The notes below the pieces were generated by a model. It did not search any database. It was given only the letters and a program-made list of their open reading frames with translations, and was not told where the DNA came from. 64,000 nucleotides of DNA from the human T2T-CHM13v2.0 reference genome, Homo sapiens. The stretch is taken from assembly GCF_009914755.1 (NCBI RefSeq), contig NC_060937.1; one strand, written 5' to 3'. A program made the position numbers and the translations under genes. The number at the start of each line of letters is the position of its first letter. Position 1 is the stretch's first letter. This document shows, piece by piece, positions 45,521 through 59,900 of the stretch.

Positions 45521-48500
45521 AATATGTATTCTATAGTGTACAGAAAATATCAAAGTACCCAAACTATACATTATATACTGTACATAAAATATGAAATTAC
45601 ATCAAATATATATTATATTAGGTACATAAAATATGAAAGTACATCAAATATAGATTATATACTGTACATAAAATACCAAAGAACCCCAAATATATATTAT
45701 ATACTGTACATGAAATATCAAAGTTCACAAACTATATATTATATACTGTACATAAAATATCAAAGTACCCAAGGTATACATTATATACTGTACACAAAAT
45801 ATGAAATTACATCAAATATATGTTATATTAGGTACATAAATTATGAAAGTACATCAAATATAAATTATATACTGTACATAAAATATCAAATTACCTCAAA
45901 TATATATTATATACTGTACATGAAATATCAAAGTTCACAAACTATATATTATATACTGTACATAAAATATCAAAGTACCCAAGGTATATATTCTATACTG
46001 TACAAAAAATATCAAAGTACCCAAACATGTATTATATACTGTTCATAAAATATGAAAGTACATCAAATATATATTTAATTCTTTACATAAAATATCAAAG
46101 TACACCAAATATATATTCTATAGTGTACATAAAATATCAAAGTACCCAAACTATACATTACATACTGTACATGAAATATGAAATTACATCAAATATATAT
46201 TATATTAGTTACATAAAATATGAAAGTACATCAAATATAGATTATACACTGTACATAAAATACCAAAGAACCCCAAATATATATTATATACTGTACATGA
46301 AATATCAAAGTTCACAAACTATATATTATATACTGTACATAAAATATCAAAGTACCCAAGGTATATATTCTGTACTGTACAAAAAATATCAAAGTACCCA
46401 AAGCATGTATTATATACTGTTAATAAAATATGAAAGTACATCAAATATATATTTTATTCTGTACATAAAATATCAAAGTACACCAAATATATATTCTATA
46501 GTGTACATAAAATATCAAATTACCCAAACTATACATTATATACTGTACATAAAATATGAAATTACATCAAATATATATTATATTAGGTACATAAAATATG
46601 AAAGTACATCAAATATAGATTATATACTGTACATAAAATACCAAAGAACCCCAAATATATATTATATACTGTACATGAAATATCAAAGTTCACAAACTAT
46701 ATATTATATACTGTACATAAAATATCAAAGTACCCAAGGTATATATTCTATACTGTACAAAAAATATCAAAGTACCCAAAGCATGTATGATATACTGTTC
46801 ATAAAATATGAAAGTACATCAAATATATATTTTATTCTGTACATAAAATATCAAAGTACACCAAATATATATTCTATAGTGTACATAAAATATCAAATTA
46901 CCCAAACTATACATGATATGCTGTACATAAAATATGAAATTACATCAAATATATATTATATTAGGTACATAAAATATGAAAGTACCTCAAATATAGATTA
47001 TATACTGTACATAAAATACCAAAGAACCCCAAATATATATTATATACTGTACATGAAATATCAAAGTTCACAAACTATATATTATATACTGTACATAAAA
47101 TATCAAAGTACCCAAGGTATATATTCTATACTGTACAAAAAATATCAAATTACCCAAAACAGGTATTATATACTGTTCATAAAATATGAAAGTACATCAA
47201 ATATATATTTTATTCTGTACATAAAATATCAAAGTACACCAAATATATATTCTATAGTGCACATAAAATATCAAAGTACCCAAACTAAACGTTATATACT
47301 GTACATAAAATATGAAATTACATCAAATATATATTACATTAGGTATATAAAATATGAAAGTACATCAAATATAGATTATATACTGTACATAAAATATCAA
47401 AGTACCCCAAATATATATTCTATACTGTATATAAAATATCAAAGTACCCAAGGTATATATTCTATACTATACAAAAAATATCAAAGTACCCAAAACATGT
47501 ATTATATACTCTTCATAAAATATGAAAGTACATAAAATATATATTTTATTCTGTACATAAAATATCAAAGTGCACCAAATATATATTCTATAGTGTACAT
47601 AAAATATCAAAGTACCCAAACTATACATTATATACTGTACATAAAATATGAAATTACATCAAATATATATTATATTAGGTACATAAAATATGAAAGTACA
47701 TCAAATATAGATTATACACTGTACATAAAATACCAAAGAATCCCAAATATATATTATATACTGTACATGAAATATCAAAGTTCACAAACTATATATTATA
47801 TACTGTACATAAAATATCAAAGTACCCAAGGTATATATTCTATACTATACAAAAAATATCAAAGTACCCAAAGCATGTATTATATACTGTTCAAAAAATA
47901 TGAAAGTACATCAAATATATATGTTATTCTGTACATAAAATATCAAAGTACACCAAATATATATTCTATAGTGTACATAAAATATCAAATTACCCAAACT
48001 ATACATTATATACTGTACATAAAGTATGAAATTACATCAAATATATATTATATTAGGTACATAAAATATGAAAGTACATCAAATATAAATTATATACAGT
48101 ACATAAAATATCAAAGTACCCCCAATATATATTATATACTGTACATGAAATATCAAAGTTCATAAACTATATATTATATACTGTACATAAAATATCAAAG
48201 TACACAAGCTATATATTCTATACTGTACAAAAAATATCAAAGTACCCAAAACATGTATTATATACTGTTCATAAAATATCAAAGTACATCAAATATATAT
48301 TTTATTCTGTACATAAAATATCAAAGTACACCAAATATATATTCTATAGTGTATATAAAATATCAAAGTACCCAAACTATACATTATATACTGTACATAA
48401 AGTATGAAATTACATCAAATATATATTATATTAGGTACATAAAATATGAAAGTACATCAAGTATAGATTATATACTGTACATAAAATATCAAAGTACCCC

Positions 48501-50621
48501 AAATATATATTATATACTGTACATGCAATATCAAAGTTCACAAACTATATATTATATACTGTACATAAAATATCAAAGTACTGAAGGTATATATTCTATA
48601 CTGTACAAAAAATATCAAAGTACCCAAAGCATGTATTATATACTGTACATAAAATATGAAAGTACATCAAATATATATTTCATTCTGTACATAAAATATC
48701 AAAGTACACCAAATATATATTCTATAGTGTACATAAAATATCAAAGTACCCAAACTATACATTATATACTGTACCTAAAATATGAAATTACATCAAATAT
48801 GTATTATATTAGGTAAATAAAATATGAAAGTACAACAAATATAGATTATGTAATGTACATAAAATACCAAATAACCCCAAATATATATTTTATACTGTAC
48901 ATGCAATATCAAAGCTCACAAACTATATATTATATACTGTACATAAAATATCAAAGTACAGAAGGTATATATTCTATACTGTACAAAAAATATCAAAGTA
49001 CCCAAAGCATGTATTAAATACTGTACATAAAATATGAAAGTACATCAAATATATATTTTATTCTGTACATAAAATATCAAAGTACACCAAATATATATTC
49101 TATAGTGTACATAAAATATCAAAGTACCCAAACTCTACATTATATACTGTACATAAAATATGAAATTACATCAAATATATATTACATTAGGTACATAAAA
49201 TATGAAAGTACATCAAATATAAATTATATACTGTACATAAAATACCAAAGTATCCCAAATATATATTATATACTGTACATGAAATATCAAAGTTCACAAA
49301 CTATATATTATATACTGTACATAAAATATCAAAGTACCCAAGGTATATATTCTATACTGTACAAAAAATATCAAAGTACCCAAAGCATGTATTATATACT
49401 GTATATAAAATATGAAAGTACATCAAATATATATTTAATTGTGTACATAAAATATCAAAGTACACCAAATATATATTCTATAGTGTACATAAAATATCAA
49501 ATTACCCAAACTATACATTATATACTGTACATAAAATATGAAATTACATCAAATATATATTATATTAGGTACATAAAATATGAAAGTACATCAAATATAA
49601 ATTATATACTGTACATAATATATCAAAGTACCTCAAATATATATTATATACTGTACATGAAATATCAAAGTTCACAAACTATATATTATATACTGTACAT
49701 AAAATATCAAAGTACCCAAGGTATATATTCTATACTGTACAAAAAATATCAAAGTACCCAAAACATGTATTATATATTGTTCATAAAATATGAAAGTACA
49801 TCAAACATATATTTTATTCTGTACATAAAATATCAAAGTACACCAAATATATATTCTATAGTGTACATAAAATATCAAAGTACCCAAACTATACATTATA
49901 TACTGTACATAACATATGAAATTACATCAAATATATATTATATCAGGTACATAAAATATGAAAGTATATCAAATATAGATTATATACTGTACACAAAATA
50001 CCAAAGTACCCCAAATATATATTATAGACTTTATATGAAATATTAAAGTTCACAAACTATATATTATATACTGAACATAAAATATCAATGTGCCCAAGGT
50101 ATATATTCTATACGGTACAAAAAGTATCAAAGTACCAAAGGCATGTGTTATATACTGTACATAAAATATGAAAGTACATCAAAAATATATATTTTATTCT
50201 GTACATAAAATATCAAAGTACACCAAATATATATTCTATAGTGTACATAAAATATCAAAGTACCCTAACTATACATTATATACTGTACATAAAATATGAA
50301 ATTACATCAAATATATATTATATTAGGTACATAAAATATGAAAGTACATCAAATATAGATTATACACTGTACATAAAATACCAAAGAATCCCAAATATAT
50401 ATTATATACTGTACATGAAATATCAAAGTTCACAAACTCTATATTATATACTGTACATAAAATATCAAAGTACCGAAGATATATATTCTATGCTGTACAA
50501 AAAATATCAAAGTACCCAAAGCATGTATTATATACTGTAGATAAAATATGAAATTACATCAAATATATATTTTATTCTGTACATAAAATATCAAACTACA
50601 CCAAATATATATTCTATAGTG

Positions 50622-50721
50622 TATATATGTATATACACTATATACATACATATATATATACATGTATATATATATGTATATATATACATACATATATATA
50701 TACATATATATATACATATAA
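50622..50721. repeat. (TA)n/(TACA)n low-complexity palindromic insertion, net +91 bp, interrupting monomer 5/6
   Basis: The normal ...CTATAGTGTACATAAAATATCAAAG is replaced by GTATATATGTATATACACTATATACATACATATATATATACATGTATATATATATGTA...TACATATAATATCAAAG. TATCAAAGTA is expected at 50631 but found at 50722. Confidence 0.95.
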
Positions 50722-50999
50722 TATCAAAGTATCCAAACTATACATTATATACTGCACATAAAATATGAAATTACATCAAATATATATTATATTAGATACA
50801 TAAAATATGAAAGTACATCAAATATAGATTACATGCTGTACATAAAATACCAAAGAACCCCAAATATATATTTTATACTGTACATGTAATTTCAAAGTTC
50901 ACAAACTGTATATTATATACTGAACATAAAATATCAAAGTACCTAAGGTATATATTCTATACTGTACAAAAAATATCAAAGTACCCAAAGCATGTATTA

Positions 51000-53900
51000 T
51001 ATACTGTACATAAAATATGAAAGTACATCAAATATACATTTTATTCTGTACATAAAATATCAAAGTACACCAAATATATATTCTATAGTGTACATAAAAT
51101 ATCAAAGTACCCAAACTATACATTATATACTGTACATAAAATATGAAATTACATCAAATATATATTATATTAGGTACATAAAATATGAAAGTACATCAAA
51201 TATAGATTACATACGGTACATAAAATACCAAAGTACCCCAAATATATATTTTATACTGCACATGCAATATCAAAGTTCACAAACTCTATATTATATACTG
51301 TACATAAAATATCAAAGTACCCAAGGTATATATTCTATACTGTACAAAAAATATCAAAGTACCCAAAACATGTATTACATACTGTTCATAAAATATGAAA
51401 GTACATCAAATATATATTTTATTCTGTACATAAAATATCAAAGTACACCAAATATATATTCTATAGTGTACATAAAATATCAAAGTACCCAAACTATACA
51501 TTATATACTGTACATAAAATATGAAATTACATCAAATATATATTATATTAGGTACATAAAATATGAAAGTACATCAAATATAGATTATACACTGTACATA
51601 AAATACCAAAGAATCCCAAATATATATTATATACTGTACATGAAATATCAAAGTTCACAAACTATATATTATATACTGTACATAAAATATCAAAGTACCC
51701 AAGGTATATATTCTATACTATACAAAAAATATCAAAGTACCCAAAGCATGTATTATATACTGTTCAAAAAATATGAAAGTACATCAAATATATATGTTAT
51801 TCTGTACATAAAATATCAAAGTACACAAAATATATATTCTATAGTGTACATAAAATATCAAATTACCCAAACTATACATTATATACTGTACATAAAGTAT
51901 GAAATTACATCAAATATATATTATATTAGGTACATAAAATATGAAAGTACATCAAATATAAATTATATACTGTACATAAAATATCAAAGTACCCCCAATA
52001 TATATTATATACTGTACATGAAATATCAAAGTTCAAAAACTATATATTATATACTGTACATAAAATATCAAAGTACACAAGGTATATATTCTATACTGTA
52101 CAAAAAATATCAAAGTATCCAAAACATGTATTATATACTGTTCATAAAATATCAAAGTACATCAAATATATATTTTATTCTGTACATAAAATATCAAAGT
52201 ACACCAAATATATATTCTATAGTGTACATAAAATATCAAAGTACCCAAACTATACATTATATACTGTACATAAAGTATGAAATTACATCAAATATATATT
52301 ATATTAGGTACATAAAATATGAAAGTACATCAAGTATAGATTATATACTGTACATAAAATATCAAAGTACCCCAAATATATATTATATACTGTACATGCA
52401 ATATCAAAGTTCACAAACTATATATTATATACTGTACATAAAATATCAAAGTACCCAAGGTATATATTCTATACTGTACAAAAAATATCAAAGTACCCAA
52501 AGCATGTATTATATACTGTATATAAAATGTGAAAGTACATCAAATATATATTTAATTCTGTACATAAAATATCAAAGTACACCAAATATATATTCTATAG
52601 TGTACATAAAATATCAAAGTACCCAAACTATACATTATATACTGTACATAAAATATGAAATTACATCAAATATATATTATATTAGGTACATAAAACATGA
52701 AAGTACATCAAGTATAGATTATATACTGTACATAAAATACCAAAGAACCCCAAATATATATTATATACTGTACATGAAATATCAAAGTTCACAAACTATA
52801 TATTATATACTGTACATAAAATATCAAAGTACCCAAGGTATATATTCTATACTGTACAAAAAATATCAAAGTACCCAAAGCATGTATTATATACTGTACA
52901 TAAAATATGAAAGTACATCAAATATATATTTAATTCTGTACATAAAATATCAAAGTACACCAAATATATATTCTATAGTGTACATAAAATATCAAATTAC
53001 CCAAACTATACATTATATACTGTACATAAAATATGAAATTACATCAAATATATATTATATTAGGTACATAAAATATGAAAGTACATCAAATATAAATTAT
53101 ATACTGTACATAATATATCAAAGTACCTCAAATATATATTATATACTGTAAATGAAATATCAAAGTTCACAAACTATATATTATATACTGTACATAAAAT
53201 ATCAAAGTACCCAAGGTATATATTCTATACTGTACAAAAAATATCAAAGTACCCAAAGCATGTATTATATACTGTACATAAAATATGAAAGTACATCAAA
53301 TATATATTTTATTCTGTACATAAAATATCAAAGTACACCAAATATATATTCTATAGTGTACATAAAATATCAAAGTACCCAAACTATACATTATATACTG
53401 TACATAAAATATGAAATTACATCAAATATATATTATATTAGGTACATAAAATATGAAAGTACATCAAATATAGATTACATACGGTACATAAAATACCAAA
53501 GTACCCCAAATATATATTTTATACTGCACATGCAATATCAAAGTTCACAAACTCTATATTATATACTGTACATAAAATATCAAAGTACCCAAGGTATATA
53601 TTCTATACTGTACAAAAAATATCAAAGTACCCAAAACATGTATTACATACTGTTCATAAAATATGAAAGTACATCAAATATATATTTTATTCTGTACATA
53701 AAATATCAAAGTACACCAAATATATATTCTATAGTGTACATAAAATATCAAAGTACCCAAACTATACATTATATACTGTACATAAAATATGAAATTACAT
53801 CAAATATATATTATATTAGGTACATAAAATATGAAAGTACATCAAATATAGATTATACACTGTACATATAATACCAAAGAATCCCAAATATATATTATAT

Positions 53901-56900
53901 ACTGTACATGAAATATCAAAGTTCACAAACTATATATTATATACTGTACATAAAATATCAAAGTACCCAAGGTATATATTCTATACTATACAAAAAATAT
54001 CAAAGTACCCAAAGCATGTATTATATACTGTTCAAAAAATATGAAAGTACATCAAATATATATGTTATTCTGTACATAAAATATCAAAGTACACAAAATA
54101 TATATTCTATAGTGTACATAAAATATCAAATTACCCAAACTATACATTATATACTGTACATAAAGTATGAAATTACATCAAATATATATTATATTAGCTA
54201 CATAAAATATGAAAGTACATCAAATATAAATTATATACTGTACATAAAATATCAAAGTACCCCCAATATATATTATATACTGTACATGAAATATCAAAGT
54301 TCAAAAACTATATATTATATACTGTACATAAAATATCAAAGTACACAAGGTATATATTCTATACTGTACAAAAAATATCAAAGTATCCAAAACATGTATT
54401 ATATACTGTTCATAAAATATCAAAGGACATCAAATATATATTTTATTCTGTACATAAAATATCAAAGTACACCAAATATATATTCTATAGTGTACATAAA
54501 ATATCAAAGTACCCAAACTATACATTATATACTGTACATAAAGTATGAAATTACATCAAATATATATTATATTAGGTACATAAAATATGAAAGTACATCA
54601 AGTATAGATTATATACTGTACATAAAATATCAAAGTACCCCAAATATATATTATATACTGTACATGAAATATCAAAGTTCACAAACTATATATTATATAC
54701 TGTAAATAAAATATCAAAGTACCCAAGGTATATATTCTATACTGTACAAAAAATATCAAAGTACCCAAAGCATGTATTATATACTGTACATAAAATATGA
54801 AAGTACATCAAATATATATTTAATTCTGTACATAAAATATCAAAGTACACCAAATATATATTCTATAGTGTACATAAAATATCAAATTACCCAAACTATA
54901 CATTATATACTGTACATAAAATATGAAATTACATCAAATATATATTATATTAGGTACATAAAATATGAAAGTACATCAAATATAAATTATATACTGTACA
55001 TAATATATCAAAGTACCTCAAATATATATTATATACTGTACATGAAATATCAAAGTTCACAAACTATATATTATATACTGTACATAAAATATCAAAGTAC
55101 CCAAGGTATATTTTCTATACTGTACAAAAAATATCAAAGTACCCAAAGCATGTATTATATACTGTACATAAAATATGAAAGTACATCAAATATATATTTT
55201 ATTCTGTACATAAAATATCAAAGTACACCAAATATATATTCTATAGTGTACATAAAATATCAAATTACCCAAACTATACATTATATACTGTACATAAAAT
55301 ATGAAATTACATCAAATATATATTATATTAGGTACATAAAATATGAAAGTACATCAAATATAAATTATATACTGTACATAATATATCAAAGTACCTCAAA
55401 TATATATTATATACTGTACATGAAATATCAAAGTTCACAAACTATATATTATATACTGTACATAAAATATCAAAGTACCCAAGGTATATATTCTATACTG
55501 TACAAAAAATATCAAAGTACCCAAAGCATGTATTATATACTGTACATAAAATATGAAAGTACATCAAATATATATTTTATTCTGTACATAAAATATCAAA
55601 GTACACCAAATATATATTCTATACTGTACATAAAATATCAAAGTTCACAAACTATACATTATATACTGTACATAAAATATGAAATTACATCAAATATATA
55701 TTATATTAGGTACATAAAATATGAAAGTACATCAAATATAGATTATATACTGTACATAAAATACCAAAGAACCCCAAATATATATTATATACTGTACATG
55801 AAATATCAAAGTTCACAAACTATATATTATATACTGTACATAAAATATCAAAGTACCCAAGGTATATATTCTACACTGTACAAAAAATGTCAAAGTACCC
55901 AAAGCATGTATTATATACTGTTAATAAAATATGAAAGTACATCAAATATATATTTTATTCTGTACATAAAATATCAAAGTACACCAAATATATATTCTAT
56001 AGTGTACATAAAATATCAAAGTACCCAAACTATACATTATATACTGTACATAAAATATGAAATTACATCAAATATATATTATATTAGGTACATAAAATAT
56101 GAAAGTACATCAAATATAGATTATACACTGTACATAAAATACCAAAGAATCCCAAATATATATTATATACTGTACATGAAATATCAAAGTTCACAAACTA
56201 TATATTATATACTGTACATAAAATATCAAAGTACCCAAGGTATATATTCTATACTATACAAAAAATATCAAAGTACCCAAAGCATGTATTATATACTGTT
56301 CAAAAAATATGAAAGTACATCAAATATATATGTTATTCTGTACATAAAATATCAAAGTACACAAAATATATATTCTATAGTGTACATAAAATATCAAATT
56401 ACCCAAACTATACATTATATACTGTACATAAAGTATGAAATTACATCAAATATATATTATATTAGGTACATAAAATATGAAAGTTAATCAAATATAAATT
56501 ATATACTGTACATAAAATATCAAAGTACCCCCAATATATATTATATACTGTACATGAAATATCAAAGTTCAAAAACTATATATTATATACTGTACATAAA
56601 ATATCAAAGTACACAAGGTATATATTCTATACTGTACAAAAAATATCAAAGTATCCAAAACATGTATTATATACTGTTCATAAAATATCAAAGTACATCA
56701 AATATATATTTTATTCTGTACATAAAATATCAAAGTACACCAAATATATATTCTATAGTGTACATAAAATATCAAAGTACCCAAACTATACATTATATAC
56801 TGTACATAAAGTATGAAATTACATCAAATATATATTATATTAGGTACATAAAATATGAAAGTACATCAAGTATAGATTATATACTGTACATAAAATATCA

Positions 56901-59900
56901 AAGTACCCCAAATATATATTATATACTGTACATGAAATATCAAAGTTCACAAACTATATATTATATACTGTAAATAAAATATCAAAGTACCCAAGGTATA
57001 TATTCTATACTGTACAAAAAATATCAAAGTACCCAAAGCATGTATTATATACTGTACATAAAATATCAAAGTACATCAAATATATATTTAATTCTGTACA
57101 TAAAATATCAAAGTACACCAAATATATATTCTATAGTGTACATAAAATATCAAAGTACCCAAACTATACATTATATACTGTACATAAAATATGAAATTAC
57201 ATCAAATATATATTATATTAGGCACATAAAATATGAAAGAATATCAATTATAGATTATATACTGTACATGAAATACCAAAGTACCCCAAATATATATTTT
57301 ATACTGTACATGCAATATCAAAGTTCACAAACTACATATTATATACTGTACATAAATATCAATGTGCCCAAGGTATATATTCTATGCTGTACAAAAAATA
57401 TCAAAGTACCCAAAGCATGTATTATATACTGTACATAAAATATGAAAGTACATCAAATAAATATTTTATTCTGTATATAAAATATCAAAGTACACCAAAT
57501 ACATATTCTATAGTGTACATAAAATATCAAAGTACCCAAACTATACATTATGTACTGTACATAAAATATGAAATTACATCAAATATATACTATATTATGT
57601 ACATAAAATATGAAAGTACATCAAATATAGATTATATACTGTACATAAAATACCAAAGTTCCCCAAACAAATATTTTATACTGTACATGCAATATCAAAG
57701 TTCACAAACTATATATTATATACTGTACATAAAATATCAAAGTACCCAAGGTATATATTCTATACTCTACAAAAAATATCAAAGTACCCAAAGCATGTAT
57801 TATATACGGTACATAAAATATGAAAGTACATCAAATATATATTTAATTCTGTACATAAAATATCAAAGTACACCAAATATATATTCTATACTGTACATAA
57901 AATATCAAAGTTCACAAACTATACATTATATACTGTACATAAAATATGAAATTACATCAAATATATATTATATTAGGTACATAAAATATGAAAGTACATC
58001 AAATATAGATTATATACTGTACATAAAATACCAAAGAACCCCAAATATATATTATATACTGTACATGAAATATCAAAGTTCACAAACTATATATTATATA
58101 CTGTACATAAAATATCAAAGTACCCAAGGTATATATTCTACACTGTACAAAAAATGTCAAAGTACCCAAAGCATGTATTATATACTGTTAATAAAATATG
58201 AAAGTACATCAAATATATATTTTATTCTGTACATAAAATATCAAAGTACACCAAATATACATTCTATAGTGTACATAAAATATCAAATTACCCAAACTAT
58301 ACATTATATACTGTACATAAAATATGAAATTACATCAAATATATATTATATTAGGTACATAAAATATGAAAGTACATCAAATATATATTATATACTGTAC
58401 ATAAAGTACCAAATTAACCCAAATACATATTATATACTGTACATGAAATATCAAATTTCACAAACTATATATTATATACTGTACATAAAATATCAAAGTA
58501 CCCAAGGTATCTATTCTATACTGTACAAAAAATATCAAAGTACCCAAAGCATGTATTATATACTGTACATAAAATATGAAAGTACATCAAATATATATTT
58601 TATTCTGTACATAAAATATCAAAGTACACCAAATATATATTCTATAGTGTACATAAAATATCAAAGTACCCAAACTATACATTATATACTGTACATAAAA
58701 TATGAAATTACATCAAATATATATTACATTAGCTACATAAAATATGAAAGTACATCAAATATAGATTATATACTGTACATAAAATATCAAAGTACCCCAA
58801 ATATATATTATATACTGTACATGAAATATCAAAGTTCACAAACTATATATCGTATACTGTACATAAAATATCAAAGTACCCAAGGTATATATTCTATACT
58901 GTACAAAAAATATCAAAGTACCCAAAGCATGTATTATATACTGTACATAAAATATGAAAGTACATCAAATATATAATTTACTCTGTACATAAAATATCAA
59001 AGTACACCAAATATATATTCTATAGTGTACATAAAATATCAAAGTACCCAAACTATACATTATATACTGTACATAAAATATGAAATTACGTCAAATATAT
59101 ATTATATTATGTACATAAAATATGAAAGTACATCAAATATAGATTATATACTGTACATAAAATACCAAAGTACACCAAATATATATTTTATACTGTACAT
59201 GAAATATCAAAGTTCACAAACTATATATTATATACTGTACATAAAATATCAAAGTACCCAAGGTATATATTCTATACTCTACAAAAAATATCAAAGTACC
59301 CAAAGCATGTATTATATACGGTACATAAAATATGAAAGTACATCAAATATATATTTAATTCTGTACATAAAATATCAAAGTACACCAAATATATATTCTA
59401 TAGTGTACATAAAATATCAAAGTATCCAAAGTATACATTATATACTGTACATAAAATATGAAATTACATCAAATATATATTATATTATGTACATAAAACA
59501 TGAAAGTACATCAAATATATATTATATACTGTACATAAAATACCAAAGTACCCCAAATACATATTTTATACCGTACATGCAATATCAAAGTTCACAAACT
59601 ATATATTATATACTGTACATAAAATATCAAAGTACCCAAGGTATATATTCTATACTGTACAAAAAATATCAAAGTATCCAAAGCATGTATTATATACTGT
59701 ACATAAAATATGAAAGTACATCAAATATATATTTTATTCTGTACATAAAATATCAAAGTACACCAAATATATATTCTATAGTGTACATAAAATATCAAAC
59801 TACCCAAACTATACATTATATACTGTACATAAAACATGAAATTACATCCAATATATATTATATTAGGTACATAAAATATGAAAGTACATCAAATATAAAT

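Noticed and set aside
50622-50721. Insertion as a MITE or retroelement remnant
   Set aside because: There is no complex internal sequence, poly(A) tail or clear short target-site duplication. It consists only of TA/CA/TG units plus an inverted flank copy.
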